Part shown: positions 1-9,543 of the stretch, piece after piece
Layout of the letters: each line of letters starts with the position of its first letter
Numbering within the stretch: the first letter of the stretch is position 1
Assembly (NCBI GenBank): GCA_947588605.1
Contig: CANPYK010000010.1
Location: 3,082-67,081 of the forward strand
Source of the DNA: an uncultured Oscillospiraceae bacterium
Lineage (GTDB): Bacteria; Bacillota; Clostridia; Oscillospirales; Oscillospiraceae
Length of the DNA stretch: 64,000 nucleotides
Direction of reading: 5' to 3'
Program-made: the position numbers and the translations under genes
The notes under the pieces: generated by a model
What the model saw: only the letters and a program-made list of their open reading frames with translations
Told to the model about the DNA's origin: nothing
Databases searched by the model: none

Positions 1-31
1 CTTCGGAACGCCTTTTTGAGTTCGGTTTTCA
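1..31 (-). CDS. 5' end of an unidentified CDS running off the left edge (MKTELKKAFR...)
   Basis: ATG at 31-29 with a GAGGG-like SD, 9 nt downstream of the stop of the 41..757 gene. Only 10 codons are visible. Confidence 0.3.
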
Positions 32-40
32 TGAGCCCTC

Positions 41-757
41 TCATAGCAGTCCCTCCAGCTTCATTTTTTGCCAGATGTTTATTCCGTAGGTGAGCCAGAT
101 GCCGCCGGCGTCGCGCAGCTCCGCAAGCTCGCTGTCCCACAGCCCCCAGGCCAACGAGACATCGATGGATTCCCCGGCGGGCGGGAGATGGTAATAAAAA
201 TAATGATTTGGGTCGTTATCCGCAACGCCGCCAAGGTTGAACCACACGACCTCTCTCAACGGATAAAGCCGGCACATCAGGCCAAAGTTGTTGATGGTGT
301 ATTCTTCGGTGTCGGATATGTCCACATTTTTCACGGTCATGTCGACCTTGATATAGTGGTCGTAAGGCTCCCCACCCGAGGCGGCGTAGGATTCCTCGCT
401 GATCCCCGCCTCCTCCAGGCTGTCGTAGAGCCCCGCGCCGGTCACCGTATAGAGGACCGTCCCCATTCCAAGCCCGGAGCGCGTATCCTCGAAGGTGCTG
501 CCCTCGATCTCCACAAAATCGTTAAATCCATAAGGATCGTTGGGGTCCCAATCATCCAGCGTCGGCGGGTCCCAACCGTCTAAAGGACCTTGCGTGCCGT
601 TGCCTGTAGAGGCTTGCGTGCCGCCGGCGGGCGCGGACCCGCCCTGACCGCCGCCGGGGAGCCGGTCCTCGTTGACCTTCCCCTGCCCGCAGGAGGCGAG
701 AGAGAGCACCAGCGCGAAAGAAATGAATAGGATAAGTGTTCTTTTGATTCTTTTCAT
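41..757 (-). CDS. Lipoprotein of unknown function
   Basis: N-terminal signal peptide with lipobox LSLASCGQ, then a Gly/Pro-rich linker. Last visible full-length gene of the ABC operon. Confidence 0.7.
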   Translation of the reverse strand: MKRIKRTLILFISFALVLSLASCGQGKVNEDRLPGGGQGGSAPAGGTQASTGNGTQGPLDGWDPPTLDDWDPNDPYGFNDFVEIEGSTFEDTRSGLGMGTVLYTVTGAGLYDSLEEAGISEESYAASGGEPYDHYIKVDMTVKNVDISDTEEYTINNFGLMCRLYPLREVVWFNLGGVADNDPNHYFYYHLPPAGESIDVSLAWGLWDSELAELRDAGGIWLTYGINIWQKMKLEGLL

Positions 758-767
758 TACCTCCTTA

Positions 768-1445
768 TTATGTTCTTCGCTCCTGACGAAGTACGCCGTC
801 GATAATGCTGTAGGAAATCGGTGTACGCTGGGCTGCGGCGATGTTATGGGTCACGATGATGATGGTCATGCCGGAGGCGTTCAGGGCCTCGAAGAGGTCC
901 ATCAGTGAGCTTGTATTCCGGGAATCCAGCGCGCCGGTAGGCTCGTCCGCCAACAGCAGGCTGGCGTTCTGGACCAGCGCCCTGGCCACCGCCACACGCT
1001 GCCGCTGGCCGCCTGAGAGTTGGTTGACCCTTTTCTCCGCAAGCTCCGCTATGCCCACCTGTTCCAGAACGCTTTTCCCACGTTCCAGCGCCTGTTTCCG
1101 CCTCATTCCGCCGATGGTCAGGGGCAGACAGACGTTTTCAAGAGCGGTATCGTCTCCCAAAAGGCCAAAATCCTGCAAAATGATTCCGATCTGCCTGTTG
1201 CGCAGACCGCATTTCACCTTGTCGGAGGCCTTTGTTACGTCTATGTCCTTGAAAAAATAGGTGCCTGAGGTGGGCGCGTCCAGGCCGGCGAGAATGTGCA
1301 GGAGCGTGGATTTGCCCGACCCGGAGGGGCCGGTCACGGAGATGAAGTCCCCGTCTGCCACCTCTAAGTTGGCATCCCTCAGGGCCCGCACCTCGGTCTG
1401 CTTGCCTACGTTGTAATTCTTGCTGACATCCTTCAATGTGATCAT
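768..1445 (-). CDS. ABC transporter ATP-binding protein (MacB/LolD-like)
   Basis: Walker A GPSGSGKST, signature LSGGQRQR, Walker B LLLADEPT. Start MITLKDV chosen inside the longer track ORF. Confidence 0.9.
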   Translation of the reverse strand: MITLKDVSKNYNVGKQTEVRALRDANLEVADGDFISVTGPSGSGKSTLLHILAGLDAPTSGTYFFKDIDVTKASDKVKCGLRNRQIGIILQDFGLLGDDTALENVCLPLTIGGMRRKQALERGKSVLEQVGIAELAEKRVNQLSGGQRQRVAVARALVQNASLLLADEPTGALDSRNTSSLMDLFEALNASGMTIIIVTHNIAAAQRTPISYSIIDGVLRQERRT

Positions 1446-1450
1446 TTTTC

Positions 1451-2686
1451 TCAGTCCCCCTTGTGATACAGTGTGATGGCGGCGGCATTTCTGTTTTGTA
1501 TGAAGCTGGCGGTGAGGCTCATGAGAAGCGTTACCAGGAAAAGCCCTCCTGTACATAAGGTCCCCAAAAGCCCCGCGCCGGTATAGCTTTCCACATGCAC
1601 AAAGCTCTTCGCCACCCATGGGGTCAGCACCCAGCCCACAGCGGCGGCCAGCAGATAGAGGACCACGTTGAAGAGCATATTCAGGGTAAACATCCGCTTT
1701 TTTGTCATGCCGGCGATGTAAAAGACGGCGAACTGCCGCTCCCGCTGGCGGATGGCAAGGAACAGGTACGCGCCATAGCCGAAAATGGCGATGAGCGCCA
1801 GCAGGAGGAACTTGAGCTGCTCCGGCAGGCTCTCCGAAAGCGTACTCGCCAGGACATTGCGCTCGATTTGGGCAAGATCGCGGACCTCGCCCCACGTGCC
1901 CAGCGCCTCCCCAAGGCGGGCCCTCAGGGCGTCCCGGTCGGCGTCCTTTTCAGGCACGATGATGGCGGGGTAGTCCCACGGAATCTCGCCAAAAAACGCG
2001 GGATCATAGACCGCGGCCACAAGTGGGGCGTCCTGCCAATACTCCGGGGCAAGCCCGATGGCGCCGAGGCTCTTATTGTCCACGCCGGCCCGTGGGAGCG
2101 CCCGTTCAGGGCTTAAGATGCCCGCTGCGACACACGGAACAGACAGCTCCTTCACGTCCTCATATGAGGTGAGGACCATTTCCAAATCGAACGCGGTCCC
2201 CACCGGAAGCATGTCCGCCGCCGCTGGGCTCACCATGACGGGCAGCCGACCCTCGGTTCCCTCCGCATTGCGCCCGGCCTCCGGCCAGGGCGGGATGTAC
2301 GACGCGAAGCTTTGAGAATACAAGTACATTTGAAAATTGAAGGTCCCTCCGCCCTCCTGGCAGGAGGCCCCGCCGCTGTACATCTCCAGGACCGCCCTGA
2401 CGCCGTCACAGTTTCGGATCGCCTCATGGACCTCGGGGTGATAGCTTCGCTCCTCGGTGAAGCCCATGGAGGAGAAGAGGAGGGAGTAGGACGGGTCGAA
2501 GTGGAGCGTTGACTCATAGTCCAAGGGGATGACGTCGCGGATCTGGCGGCGGGCGTTGAGAAACGTCTGGACAGGCTGTGTGATGATGTTTGTAAAGATC
2601 ACCATTAAAGCCAATGTTACAAAGAGGAACAGATCCTTCCAATAAAACCTGGAACAAAGTTTTTTCAAAATTCTCAGTGTGTTCAT
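1451..2686 (-). CDS. ABC transporter permease, FtsX-like
   Basis: N-terminal TM, large extracytoplasmic domain, C-terminal FtsX-type segment (RQRERQFAVFYIAGMTKKRM). ATGA overlap with the upstream permease gene. Confidence 0.75.
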   Translation of the reverse strand: MNTLRILKKLCSRFYWKDLFLFVTLALMVIFTNIITQPVQTFLNARRQIRDVIPLDYESTLHFDPSYSLLFSSMGFTEERSYHPEVHEAIRNCDGVRAVLEMYSGGASCQEGGGTFNFQMYLYSQSFASYIPPWPEAGRNAEGTEGRLPVMVSPAAADMLPVGTAFDLEMVLTSYEDVKELSVPCVAAGILSPERALPRAGVDNKSLGAIGLAPEYWQDAPLVAAVYDPAFFGEIPWDYPAIIVPEKDADRDALRARLGEALGTWGEVRDLAQIERNVLASTLSESLPEQLKFLLLALIAIFGYGAYLFLAIRQRERQFAVFYIAGMTKKRMFTLNMLFNVVLYLLAAAVGWVLTPWVAKSFVHVESYTGAGLLGTLCTGGLFLVTLLMSLTASFIQNRNAAAITLYHKGD

Positions 2687-3801
2687 ACCGCTTCCCCCTT
2701 TGTGTGGAAGGTGAAAACGCGCAAAACCCCGGGCAGGGAACACAAGATCGACAGGAGGTACAGCACGCCCACAAGCAGAAGATACGCCCACCATTCCGGC
2801 ATGACGCTGGCTTCGAAATATTGAAGGACCGGAAAGCTCAGGCGGTGCGCTCCCGCGCCGGCCGCCGCGCTCGCGGTGAGATAGATGAGCCATTGGCCGT
2901 AAACGATCAGCATACAGCGTCCGCGGGTGAGCCCGCACAGGTAATAGGTATAGAGCTCCTTTCGTAAAAGCCCGATCCACTGAAACATGAGCTGAAGGAT
3001 GGTCACCCCGGCGATGAGACAGAGAAGCAGTCCCTCCCGCGCTCCGCGCAGGACCTTCCGGGTCAGGATCGGACTGGGGTCGTGATCAGGGAGATAAACC
3101 CGCGCCTCCGGCAGGCGCTCTTGAATCGCCTTTTGCGCGGCGCCTGCCTTACGTGTATCCAGCTTGTCAAAATGGATCAGGATCTGGACCGGCTTGAAAA
3201 GCTGGGAAAAAAGGCGGTAGGGGAGGATCCGGATCACGGGTCCCCGCCCTGTCCCGATACCGTCGTCGGAGGAAAATACCCGCGTGGGGGCTTCGCCGGA
3301 AATGCCGGTTTGGAAATGGAAGGGGAAAAACCCGCCGCGCCCGACGATCCTCAGCTCCCGCCCATTTAGCGTAAAGGTCTCGGCGTCGGATGCCCCGTCG
3401 TCATCCTGCATGAATATGACCTCCGCCCCGGCCTCCTCGTCTGTGAAAAAGCGTCCGGAGCTCATGGCGAACCAGCGAGAGGCCTGCGTTCCCTGCCAGC
3501 CTATATAGACGATGCCGGAGGAGTCTCTGCCGAGATACAGGACGTTGGCAACCGCGTCGCCGTATGTTTCGTCGATCCAGTCCGCCAAAGCGTCCATATC
3601 CTGAAATTCTCCGCCGCCCTGATCCACGGTCAGGGTGGCGTACTCGTTCCAGCCGGCGATCGTGTTAAATTCCTGCATGGCGTCCCCCTGGGCCACACTG
3701 AGGCAGAAGCACGCGATCGTCAGCCCCAGGAGCGAAAAGAATACGACGGCGAAGCTCTTGCGAACCTGCCGAAACATGGAGCGCATGAAAAAACGAAGCA
3801 T
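2683..3801 (-). CDS. ABC transporter permease, FtsX-like (second, separate permease gene)
   Basis: Same architecture (LRKELYTYYLCGLTRGRCM plus C-terminal TMs). GGAGG SD 7 nt upstream of the ATG at 3801. Confidence 0.75.
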   Translation of the reverse strand: MLRFFMRSMFRQVRKSFAVVFFSLLGLTIACFCLSVAQGDAMQEFNTIAGWNEYATLTVDQGGGEFQDMDALADWIDETYGDAVANVLYLGRDSSGIVYIGWQGTQASRWFAMSSGRFFTDEEAGAEVIFMQDDDGASDAETFTLNGRELRIVGRGGFFPFHFQTGISGEAPTRVFSSDDGIGTGRGPVIRILPYRLFSQLFKPVQILIHFDKLDTRKAGAAQKAIQERLPEARVYLPDHDPSPILTRKVLRGAREGLLLCLIAGVTILQLMFQWIGLLRKELYTYYLCGLTRGRCMLIVYGQWLIYLTASAAAGAGAHRLSFPVLQYFEASVMPEWWAYLLLVGVLYLLSILCSLPGVLRVFTFHTKGEAV

Positions 3802-3917
3802 GACAGGACCTCCTTCCTTTGCCAAGAAAATAACACACCGATTTCCCGGCTTCAAGACGGCGCGCAGAAAGGCAAGAAAAAGACGCAGAATTGCGGACTT
3901 CTACGGTCCTACGGCTC

Positions 3918-3946
3918 TTGATGAAGGGGCGCTGAGATGATAAAAT
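3918..3946 (+). promoter_or_regulatory. Candidate sigma-A promoter of the LytTR/kinase operon
   Basis: TTGATG-17 nt-TAAAAT (preceded by TGA), followed by hairpin CTGCGAG-CAT-CTCGCAG. Confidence 0.5.
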
Positions 3947-3973
3947 AGACCTGCGAGCATCTCGCAGGCCTTG

Positions 3974-4687
3974 ATGGGGGGAATCGGGTTGAAAATTTTG
4001 ATTTGTGATGACGAGCGGCAATATCTGGACGCCCTGTCCGCCTATGTGCGGGCGTATATGGAAGAGCGCCTCATAAAGTACAGTATCGTTTCGGCGGCCT
4101 CCCCAAAGGAGGTCCTGGACGGGGACATGAGCTTCGACCTGGCTTTCCTGGATATTCAGATGGAGGACCTGGACGGCATTTCGCTTGCGAAAGAGCTCCG
4201 CGCCCGCAACAGCAAGATCGCCATCTTTTTTGTCACAAACCATGACGAGTACCAGGACGATGCCATGGATGTGAACGCCTTCCGCTTCTTCTCCAAGCCC
4301 TTTGATGTGAAGAGGCTCTATTCAGGGCTCGATAAGGCCATGGAATATATCGACGGGGCGTATGTGGACATCTTCCTCTACGGGGACACCGCCCAGCAGC
4401 GGGTGCTCATTGACGACATACTCTACATCACCCGGTCCGATCGAAAGGTCGTTTTGAAGACCGAACACGAAAGCTATACGATCCGCTGTACGTTCGATGA
4501 GCTGTGCGAAAAAATGCCCCCGCTGTTCTTCTATCAGGTACATAAGTCTTTCGTCGTCAATCTCCACTATGTACAGCAATACGCCTACACCGAGCTTATA
4601 CTGACGGACGGCACAAGGATCCCCGTTGCCCCCAGAAAACAGGCCGCTTTTCATAAATACTGGTTTGAATACCTAAGGAGGCGGTAA
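3974..4687 (+). CDS. LytTR-family response regulator
   Basis: Receiver domain (KILICDDE ... DLAFLDIQMEDLDG) plus C-terminal LytTR-type DNA-binding domain (ILYITRSDRKVVL...FYQVHKSFVVNL). A TTG at 3989 is an alternative start. Confidence 0.85.
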   Translation: MGGIGLKILICDDERQYLDALSAYVRAYMEERLIKYSIVSAASPKEVLDGDMSFDLAFLDIQMEDLDGISLAKELRARNSKIAIFFVTNHDEYQDDAMDVNAFRFFSKPFDVKRLYSGLDKAMEYIDGAYVDIFLYGDTAQQRVLIDDILYITRSDRKVVLKTEHESYTIRCTFDELCEKMPPLFFYQVHKSFVVNLHYVQQYAYTELILTDGTRIPVAPRKQAAFHKYWFEYLRRR

Positions 4688-4690
4688 AAA

Positions 4691-5980
4691 ATGCGCGACC
4701 CTGTCGTTTCCTGCGTGGTTTACGCCTTTGATATGCTGATCGTCTATATCTTTTTCTCCCGGATCGTGGAAAAGAGATTTTCAACGGGAAAGTGCGTCCT
4801 TTTGGGGTTGATCCTTTTTGAACTGGGCTCCGCTGTCAACCTGGTGTTCCGGAATAACGCGCTGATCAATTCCGTTGTTTCCGCCGTTACCTACTTCTGC
4901 TTCGGCGTCTGGTGCTTCAAGCTCCGCCCCTTTCAGGCGGCAGGATACGCCGTCTGCCTTACGGTGCTCAATTTCGCGCTGGAGGTGGGGTCCATTTTGC
5001 TGTTTTCCGCTCTCACCCGCACAGAGCTGACGGCATACAACACAAATCTCGCCCTGCTGATCGTTGAGTGCTCCTCCTGCAAGGCTCTGTTGTTCCTGAC
5101 GTGTCTCATTCTGTCCGGATTCTCCGTACCCAACGCCCGGTGGTCAAAGCACCAGCTCTCCCTTCTGCTTTTCCCGGTCTTGTCCAACATCTGCCTCGCG
5201 ATCTTCTGGTATATCTGCCTACAGGACGGCATCACGCCCAGGATCCAATATTTGCTGGCGTTTGCCAGCCTGCTCTTTTTCGGCTCGACGGTCCTTCTGT
5301 TCATGATCTATCAGCATGAGATGGAAATAGACGGCGAGCGGATGCGGATGAAAAGCGAAAACGAACGACTTCTGACGGAGAAGTCCTATTATGACATTTT
5401 GGACCAACAAAACCAGCAGCTGATGGCCTACGCCCACGACGCAAAAAACCATCTCGCCGCGATCCAGTCTATCAACACCGATCCGGCCATAGAGAGATAC
5501 ATCGAGGCCCTGTCGGATCAGCTGAAGACCTATACCAGCAACTGCCACAGCGGGAATATGATGCTGGACGTGATGATCAATAAATACGTTTTGGAATGTG
5601 AGCGCCGGAGCATCCGGTTTGACTACTATGTCCGGTCCTGCAACCTAAAGGATGTGGAGGACATCGACCTTGTAGCGATCCTGGGAAATTTGATGGACAA
5701 CGCCCTGACAGCGGCGGCACAGTCCGAAAAGCGTTTCGTCTCTCTGGAAACGACCATGCGCAACGGTTACAGCGTCATCGTCATCAGCAACGGCTGCGAT
5801 ACCGCGCCCGAGACACGCGAAGGCCGTCTGGTCACCGCCAAGGAGGACAAAAAGCTCCACGGATACGGGCTTAAAAGCGTCTACAAGACACTCAAAAGGT
5901 ATCACGGTGATTACAGTTGGGAATATAGCGAACCGGAAAACACCTTTGTCGTCACTGTCATGATAGGAAGCCCACAGTAA
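4691..5980 (+). CDS. Polytopic sensor histidine kinase, AgrC/LytS-like (GHKL ATPase)
   Basis: About 6 N-terminal TM helices, H-box AHDAKNHLAAI, N-box LGNLMDNAL, G-box HGYGLKSV. Sits 3 nt after the response regulator gene. Confidence 0.85.
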   Translation: MRDPVVSCVVYAFDMLIVYIFFSRIVEKRFSTGKCVLLGLILFELGSAVNLVFRNNALINSVVSAVTYFCFGVWCFKLRPFQAAGYAVCLTVLNFALEVGSILLFSALTRTELTAYNTNLALLIVECSSCKALLFLTCLILSGFSVPNARWSKHQLSLLLFPVLSNICLAIFWYICLQDGITPRIQYLLAFASLLFFGSTVLLFMIYQHEMEIDGERMRMKSENERLLTEKSYYDILDQQNQQLMAYAHDAKNHLAAIQSINTDPAIERYIEALSDQLKTYTSNCHSGNMMLDVMINKYVLECERRSIRFDYYVRSCNLKDVEDIDLVAILGNLMDNALTAAAQSEKRFVSLETTMRNGYSVIVISNGCDTAPETREGRLVTAKEDKKLHGYGLKSVYKTLKRYHGDYSWEYSEPENTFVVTVMIGSPQ

Positions 5981-6018
5981 GTTATTCGGTTATAAAAACA
6001 TTTCCCCTCAAAAGAGTT

Positions 6019-7260
6019 TCAAGCCAGGCTCAGCAGCTCTCCCGTGACCGCGTCGAAGACATAGGAGACGTAAAACTGATAATCCGTCCCGTCAAAGATC
6101 TTCTCTGTCTTCACTATGTCAAAGCTCCACGCCGGCCTCATGACCATGCCGTCGCCGGAGGGGAGCTTCACATAGATGAGCTCCATTGTGACGGCGTTGT
6201 ATTCGGTCCCGGAGATCACATCCGAGAGAAGACGCACGAGGGCCTCCACCGCCTCGCTGGGCGATATAAGGGAGACTGTTTCACCGGAGCCGGTCAATGA
6301 GACAAGGTTCCAAAAGCCCGCGTATTCGATGCCCCGGACCGTGTACCAGACCTCGCCGGATGTGCCGCCGCGCGGATATACGCTGCCGTTGACATTTTGC
6401 TCCCACTCAATATCCATGACCGGGATGCCGTCCACGACCTGGGCGAAGTTGAAATAATACCCCTCGTCGGCCTCGCTGAATCCAACCTCCGCGCCGCTCA
6501 GCTCCGCGTGGGCTTTTATGGTGGGGAGATCCATAAAATAGCAGGATCGCACCGTAAACTCCGGCGCCCCCGCGTTGGACAAGCGGCTTACAATGTCACG
6601 GAGAGCGGCGGAACGGTCCACACCCGCCAGTTCTCCGCTGGTGGAATAATCCTCCCGCGATGATCCGGGATTTGCCAGCGTTGACATGGACACCACGCGG
6701 TTTGAGGATATGACGCTCTGGAGCTTGTAGGCGGCCATGACGCCGTCCCGCTCCAGGTTGTAGTTGAACCCGCCGTCCGTGCCGCTTTGCGTCCCGAAGC
6801 TCTCCCCGTCGTCGTAGACCGTGAGATACTCGCGCTCTCCGCCGCTTTCCGAGCGGTACTGCATCCCCTCCGCGTAGGAGACGGTCTCCGAGACGCCGCC
6901 CGTCAGGAGGGCGGGGATCAGCTCGTCGGCGGAGAACCTCAGGGAAGCCGCGTCATACACCGTGGCGGTCTTCCTGGACACGACCTGGGCGGGGTCGAAG
7001 CTCAGCGTCAAATTGTCCGGGAGGGAGACGTCCGCCAGGTATTTCTCCAAAGACGCGTATTCCCTCGCGCTGGGAGCGGCGCAGGCGACTAAATGGAAAC
7101 ACGCGACGCACCCTACCATCACCAGCGCCGCCGCGAACACGCTGCCGCGCCGTCGCCGCCCGCCGCAGGCGTCCACAATGGCCCGGACCCGCTGTCCCAC
7201 CAGCCTTTTGCGGGGCTCAAAGGACAGGGAGAGAGGGGACTTCGGAAAAACGGGTCTCAT
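6019..7260 (-). CDS. Single-pass membrane protein with a large extracytoplasmic domain (PepSY-like C-terminus)
   Basis: Basic cytoplasmic N-terminus, one TM (VFAAALVMVGCVACFHLVACAA), C-terminus ends ...VFDAVTGELLSLA. Its N-terminus is paralogous to that of the 7305..8201 product. Confidence 0.65.
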   Translation of the reverse strand: MRPVFPKSPLSLSFEPRKRLVGQRVRAIVDACGGRRRRGSVFAAALVMVGCVACFHLVACAAPSAREYASLEKYLADVSLPDNLTLSFDPAQVVSRKTATVYDAASLRFSADELIPALLTGGVSETVSYAEGMQYRSESGGEREYLTVYDDGESFGTQSGTDGGFNYNLERDGVMAAYKLQSVISSNRVVSMSTLANPGSSREDYSTSGELAGVDRSAALRDIVSRLSNAGAPEFTVRSCYFMDLPTIKAHAELSGAEVGFSEADEGYYFNFAQVVDGIPVMDIEWEQNVNGSVYPRGGTSGEVWYTVRGIEYAGFWNLVSLTGSGETVSLISPSEAVEALVRLLSDVISGTEYNAVTMELIYVKLPSGDGMVMRPAWSFDIVKTEKIFDGTDYQFYVSYVFDAVTGELLSLA

Positions 7261-7304
7261 CACAACACTTCCTTTCTGTCTGCCGTACAGTTTTTGGGAA
7301 CAAT

Positions 7305-8201
7305 TCAGTCAAAATACAGGGAAAAGTCCGCCCCTTCAAAGTCGTGCCACTCCACATCGGGCTTGTTCCATTGTTCCTCTTCCACTTTGTTGTAGGCGGC
7401 TTCGGAGACGGGCTGGTGGTCGATGTAATAGGACGCGGTGCCGGTGTTAAAGTCGTAATCATCATAAAGAAAATCATCTATTTCAAGCTCAAACGAGTCC
7501 TCGTGGAAGGCGATGATCCGGGACCATCCGCCTCGGTAGGCCGCATCCATCCAGTAGAAGGTGCCATCGGCCTTGGGCTCTGCGAACGCCTTGGGGACCA
7601 GAGAGTAGTAACGGACCTCTCCGTTGTAGAGGTGAAGGATCTCGTATTCCGCGGGCCACTCGCCCACATAAATTTCCAGCACGGCCTCGTTGACGCCGTC
7701 GCCGTCCAGGTCCACTACCGCGAAACGGGAGATCCGCCCATACTCCCTTGCGGGTTCACCCTCCGCAAAAATGGAGGCGGCGATTTCCGAGATGTCCAGG
7801 TACTCATCGGTCGTTCTGCCCAAGATGGTATAGTGATTGTGAGCCTCCCCCTCGCCCGTCAGGACCTTCAAAATGGAGTCCCGGGGACGTTCCGGGGCGG
7901 CGGGTTCCGGTTTACTTATGGGGGCCGCCTCGACCTGTCCCGGCTGGGGTTCGGAGGGTTCCGGCTGGACGGCGGGGGAGAGGGTGTCCGACGAAGCGCC
8001 GGAGTCGGCCCGGACGGCGGCGCAGGAGACTAAATTCACACAGAGGAAGCACACCACCAGCGCCAGCGCCGCTGCGGACAGGCTCGTGCGTCCGCGCCGT
8101 CCGTTGGAGGCGTCCACAATGGCCCGGACCCTTGGCCTCATCTCATGTTTGCGGGGCTCCATGGGCAGAGAAAAACGTGTGTTCGGAAAATTGGACTTCA
8201 T
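7305..8201 (-). CDS. Single-pass membrane protein with a DLDGDG (FG-GAP/VCBS-like) ectodomain
   Basis: GGAGGA SD 5 nt before the ATG at 8201. Has a TM segment, a Pro-rich linker and the motif VVDLDGDGVNEAVLE. Confidence 0.65.
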   Translation of the reverse strand: MKSNFPNTRFSLPMEPRKHEMRPRVRAIVDASNGRRGRTSLSAAALALVVCFLCVNLVSCAAVRADSGASSDTLSPAVQPEPSEPQPGQVEAAPISKPEPAAPERPRDSILKVLTGEGEAHNHYTILGRTTDEYLDISEIAASIFAEGEPAREYGRISRFAVVDLDGDGVNEAVLEIYVGEWPAEYEILHLYNGEVRYYSLVPKAFAEPKADGTFYWMDAAYRGGWSRIIAFHEDSFELEIDDFLYDDYDFNTGTASYYIDHQPVSEAAYNKVEEEQWNKPDVEWHDFEGADFSLYFD

Positions 8202-8214
8202 AATGATCCTCCAT

Positions 8215-9132
8215 TCAATTTGATTTGTTGTTGGATGCAAGCTTTAAAAGGATGCTCCCGTAGGCCCGGTACTCCTCCGGCGGCAGGACGCGCAAAACGC
8301 GGTCGTCACAGGCAAGCTCCATGTCCCGCTCGACCCAGCGCACCAGAAGCCACATCAGCGGGTCAAACCAGTGGAGCACGTTGACCCAAAGCGTCAGGGC
8401 TCTCAGCCACAGGTCGCCTCTTCGGTAGTGAGTGAGCTCATGGAGGAGCGCAAAGCGCAGCTCCCTTGGCGGCATGGGCTCCTCCGGCAGGAGCAGGACG
8501 GGCCGCCAGATCCCCGCCAGCATGGGGGACCGCAGGCCTGGGCACCGCATGAGCCGGGGCCTGTGCTGCAGACCCAGCTCGTCCGCGAGGCGGTCAAAGC
8601 ACGCCAAAGTCTCCGGGTCCTCCACGGGCTCGGCCCAGCGGCGGCGGTAACGCAGGAACCTGAGATGCCCGCCCAGCACCCACGCGCCCACAGCCGCCGC
8701 CCCGGCGGCCCAGACAAGAAAAACGATCCCCACGGCGGACACCCTGACCGCGCGTTTTTCCCCGGAGATGGGCTCCGGCGAGACCGGGGAAGCCTGTCCG
8801 CCCTCCGGGACAGTGGACCCGGAAACAGGGCGCGACTCAATGGGGAGCGTCGCCCCGCCCACGGGCGGCGCTGTGGTGTCTCCGCTGTTCCCGGAAACGG
8901 CCGGCGCGGTGGTCCCCACCGGGACATCAACCACCGGGACGGGGAGACGGATGAGCGCCGGGAATCCCAGGGACGCCGGGACGGCCAGCCGCAGACACAG
9001 CACCGCCCAGAGGACGCACCGCCACCCCGCGCCGATCCGCACGCGCTTCACCCGAGAGATCGCCGCCAAAAGCACCGCCGCCAGCCCGCCGCCCAGGCTC
9101 AGGGAGAGGAGCGTCGAGAGGAATTCACTCAA
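8215..9132 (-). CDS. M56-family (BlaR1/MecR1-like) membrane metalloprotease without a C-terminal sensor domain
   Basis: HExxH motif in LLHELTHYRRGD, followed by MELACDDRVL. The protein ends about 55 aa after HExxH. TTG start overlaps the BlaI stop. Confidence 0.8.
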   Translation of the reverse strand: MSEFLSTLLSLSLGGGLAAVLLAAISRVKRVRIGAGWRCVLWAVLCLRLAVPASLGFPALIRLPVPVVDVPVGTTAPAVSGNSGDTTAPPVGGATLPIESRPVSGSTVPEGGQASPVSPEPISGEKRAVRVSAVGIVFLVWAAGAAAVGAWVLGGHLRFLRYRRRWAEPVEDPETLACFDRLADELGLQHRPRLMRCPGLRSPMLAGIWRPVLLLPEEPMPPRELRFALLHELTHYRRGDLWLRALTLWVNVLHWFDPLMWLLVRWVERDMELACDDRVLRVLPPEEYRAYGSILLKLASNNKSN

Positions 9133-9502
9133 GAGGGTCCCCCTCCAAATCGTCCAGCAGGGCCCGCAGATCCTCCAGGTCCTCCCGCTCCAGCCCCTCC
9201 CGGGCCAGGGCGGCCAGGAAATTCCGGGGAGAGCCGTAGAGGCGGGAGATGACCTGCCGGCTGTCAAAGGCCAGATACGCCTCCCGGCTCACGAGGGCGG
9301 TGTAGAGGTTCGTCTTCTGCTCCCGGCGGATGGAGACGAAGCCCTTCTCCGCAAGGCGGGTAAGATAGGTGTTGATGGTGTTCGGCGCCCAGTGGAATTC
9401 CTCCAACGCCGCGCCCAGCTCGGCCCTCGGCGTGTCCGGCCCCCGGTCCCACAGGGCCTTCATGACCTCCAGCTCCGCGTCCGGCAGTCTTCTCAGCTTC
9501 AT
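9125..9502 (-). CDS. BlaI/MecI/CopY-family transcriptional repressor
   Basis: 125-aa winged-helix protein (LPDAELEVMKALWD ... TINTYLTRLAEKGFV) directly upstream of the M56 gene, with TACA/TGTA operators upstream. Confidence 0.85.
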   Translation of the reverse strand: MKLRRLPDAELEVMKALWDRGPDTPRAELGAALEEFHWAPNTINTYLTRLAEKGFVSIRREQKTNLYTALVSREAYLAFDSRQVISRLYGSPRNFLAALAREGLEREDLEDLRALLDDLEGDPLE

Positions 9503-9523
9503 AGGTTGACCTCCTCTGAATTT

Positions 9524-9535
9524 CTACATATGTAG
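9524..9535. promoter_or_regulatory. BlaI/MecI-type operator dyad CTACATATGTAG
   Basis: Perfect 12-bp palindrome containing the TACA/TGTA dyad, just downstream of the -10. Confidence 0.65.
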
Positions 9536-9543
9536 TGATTATC

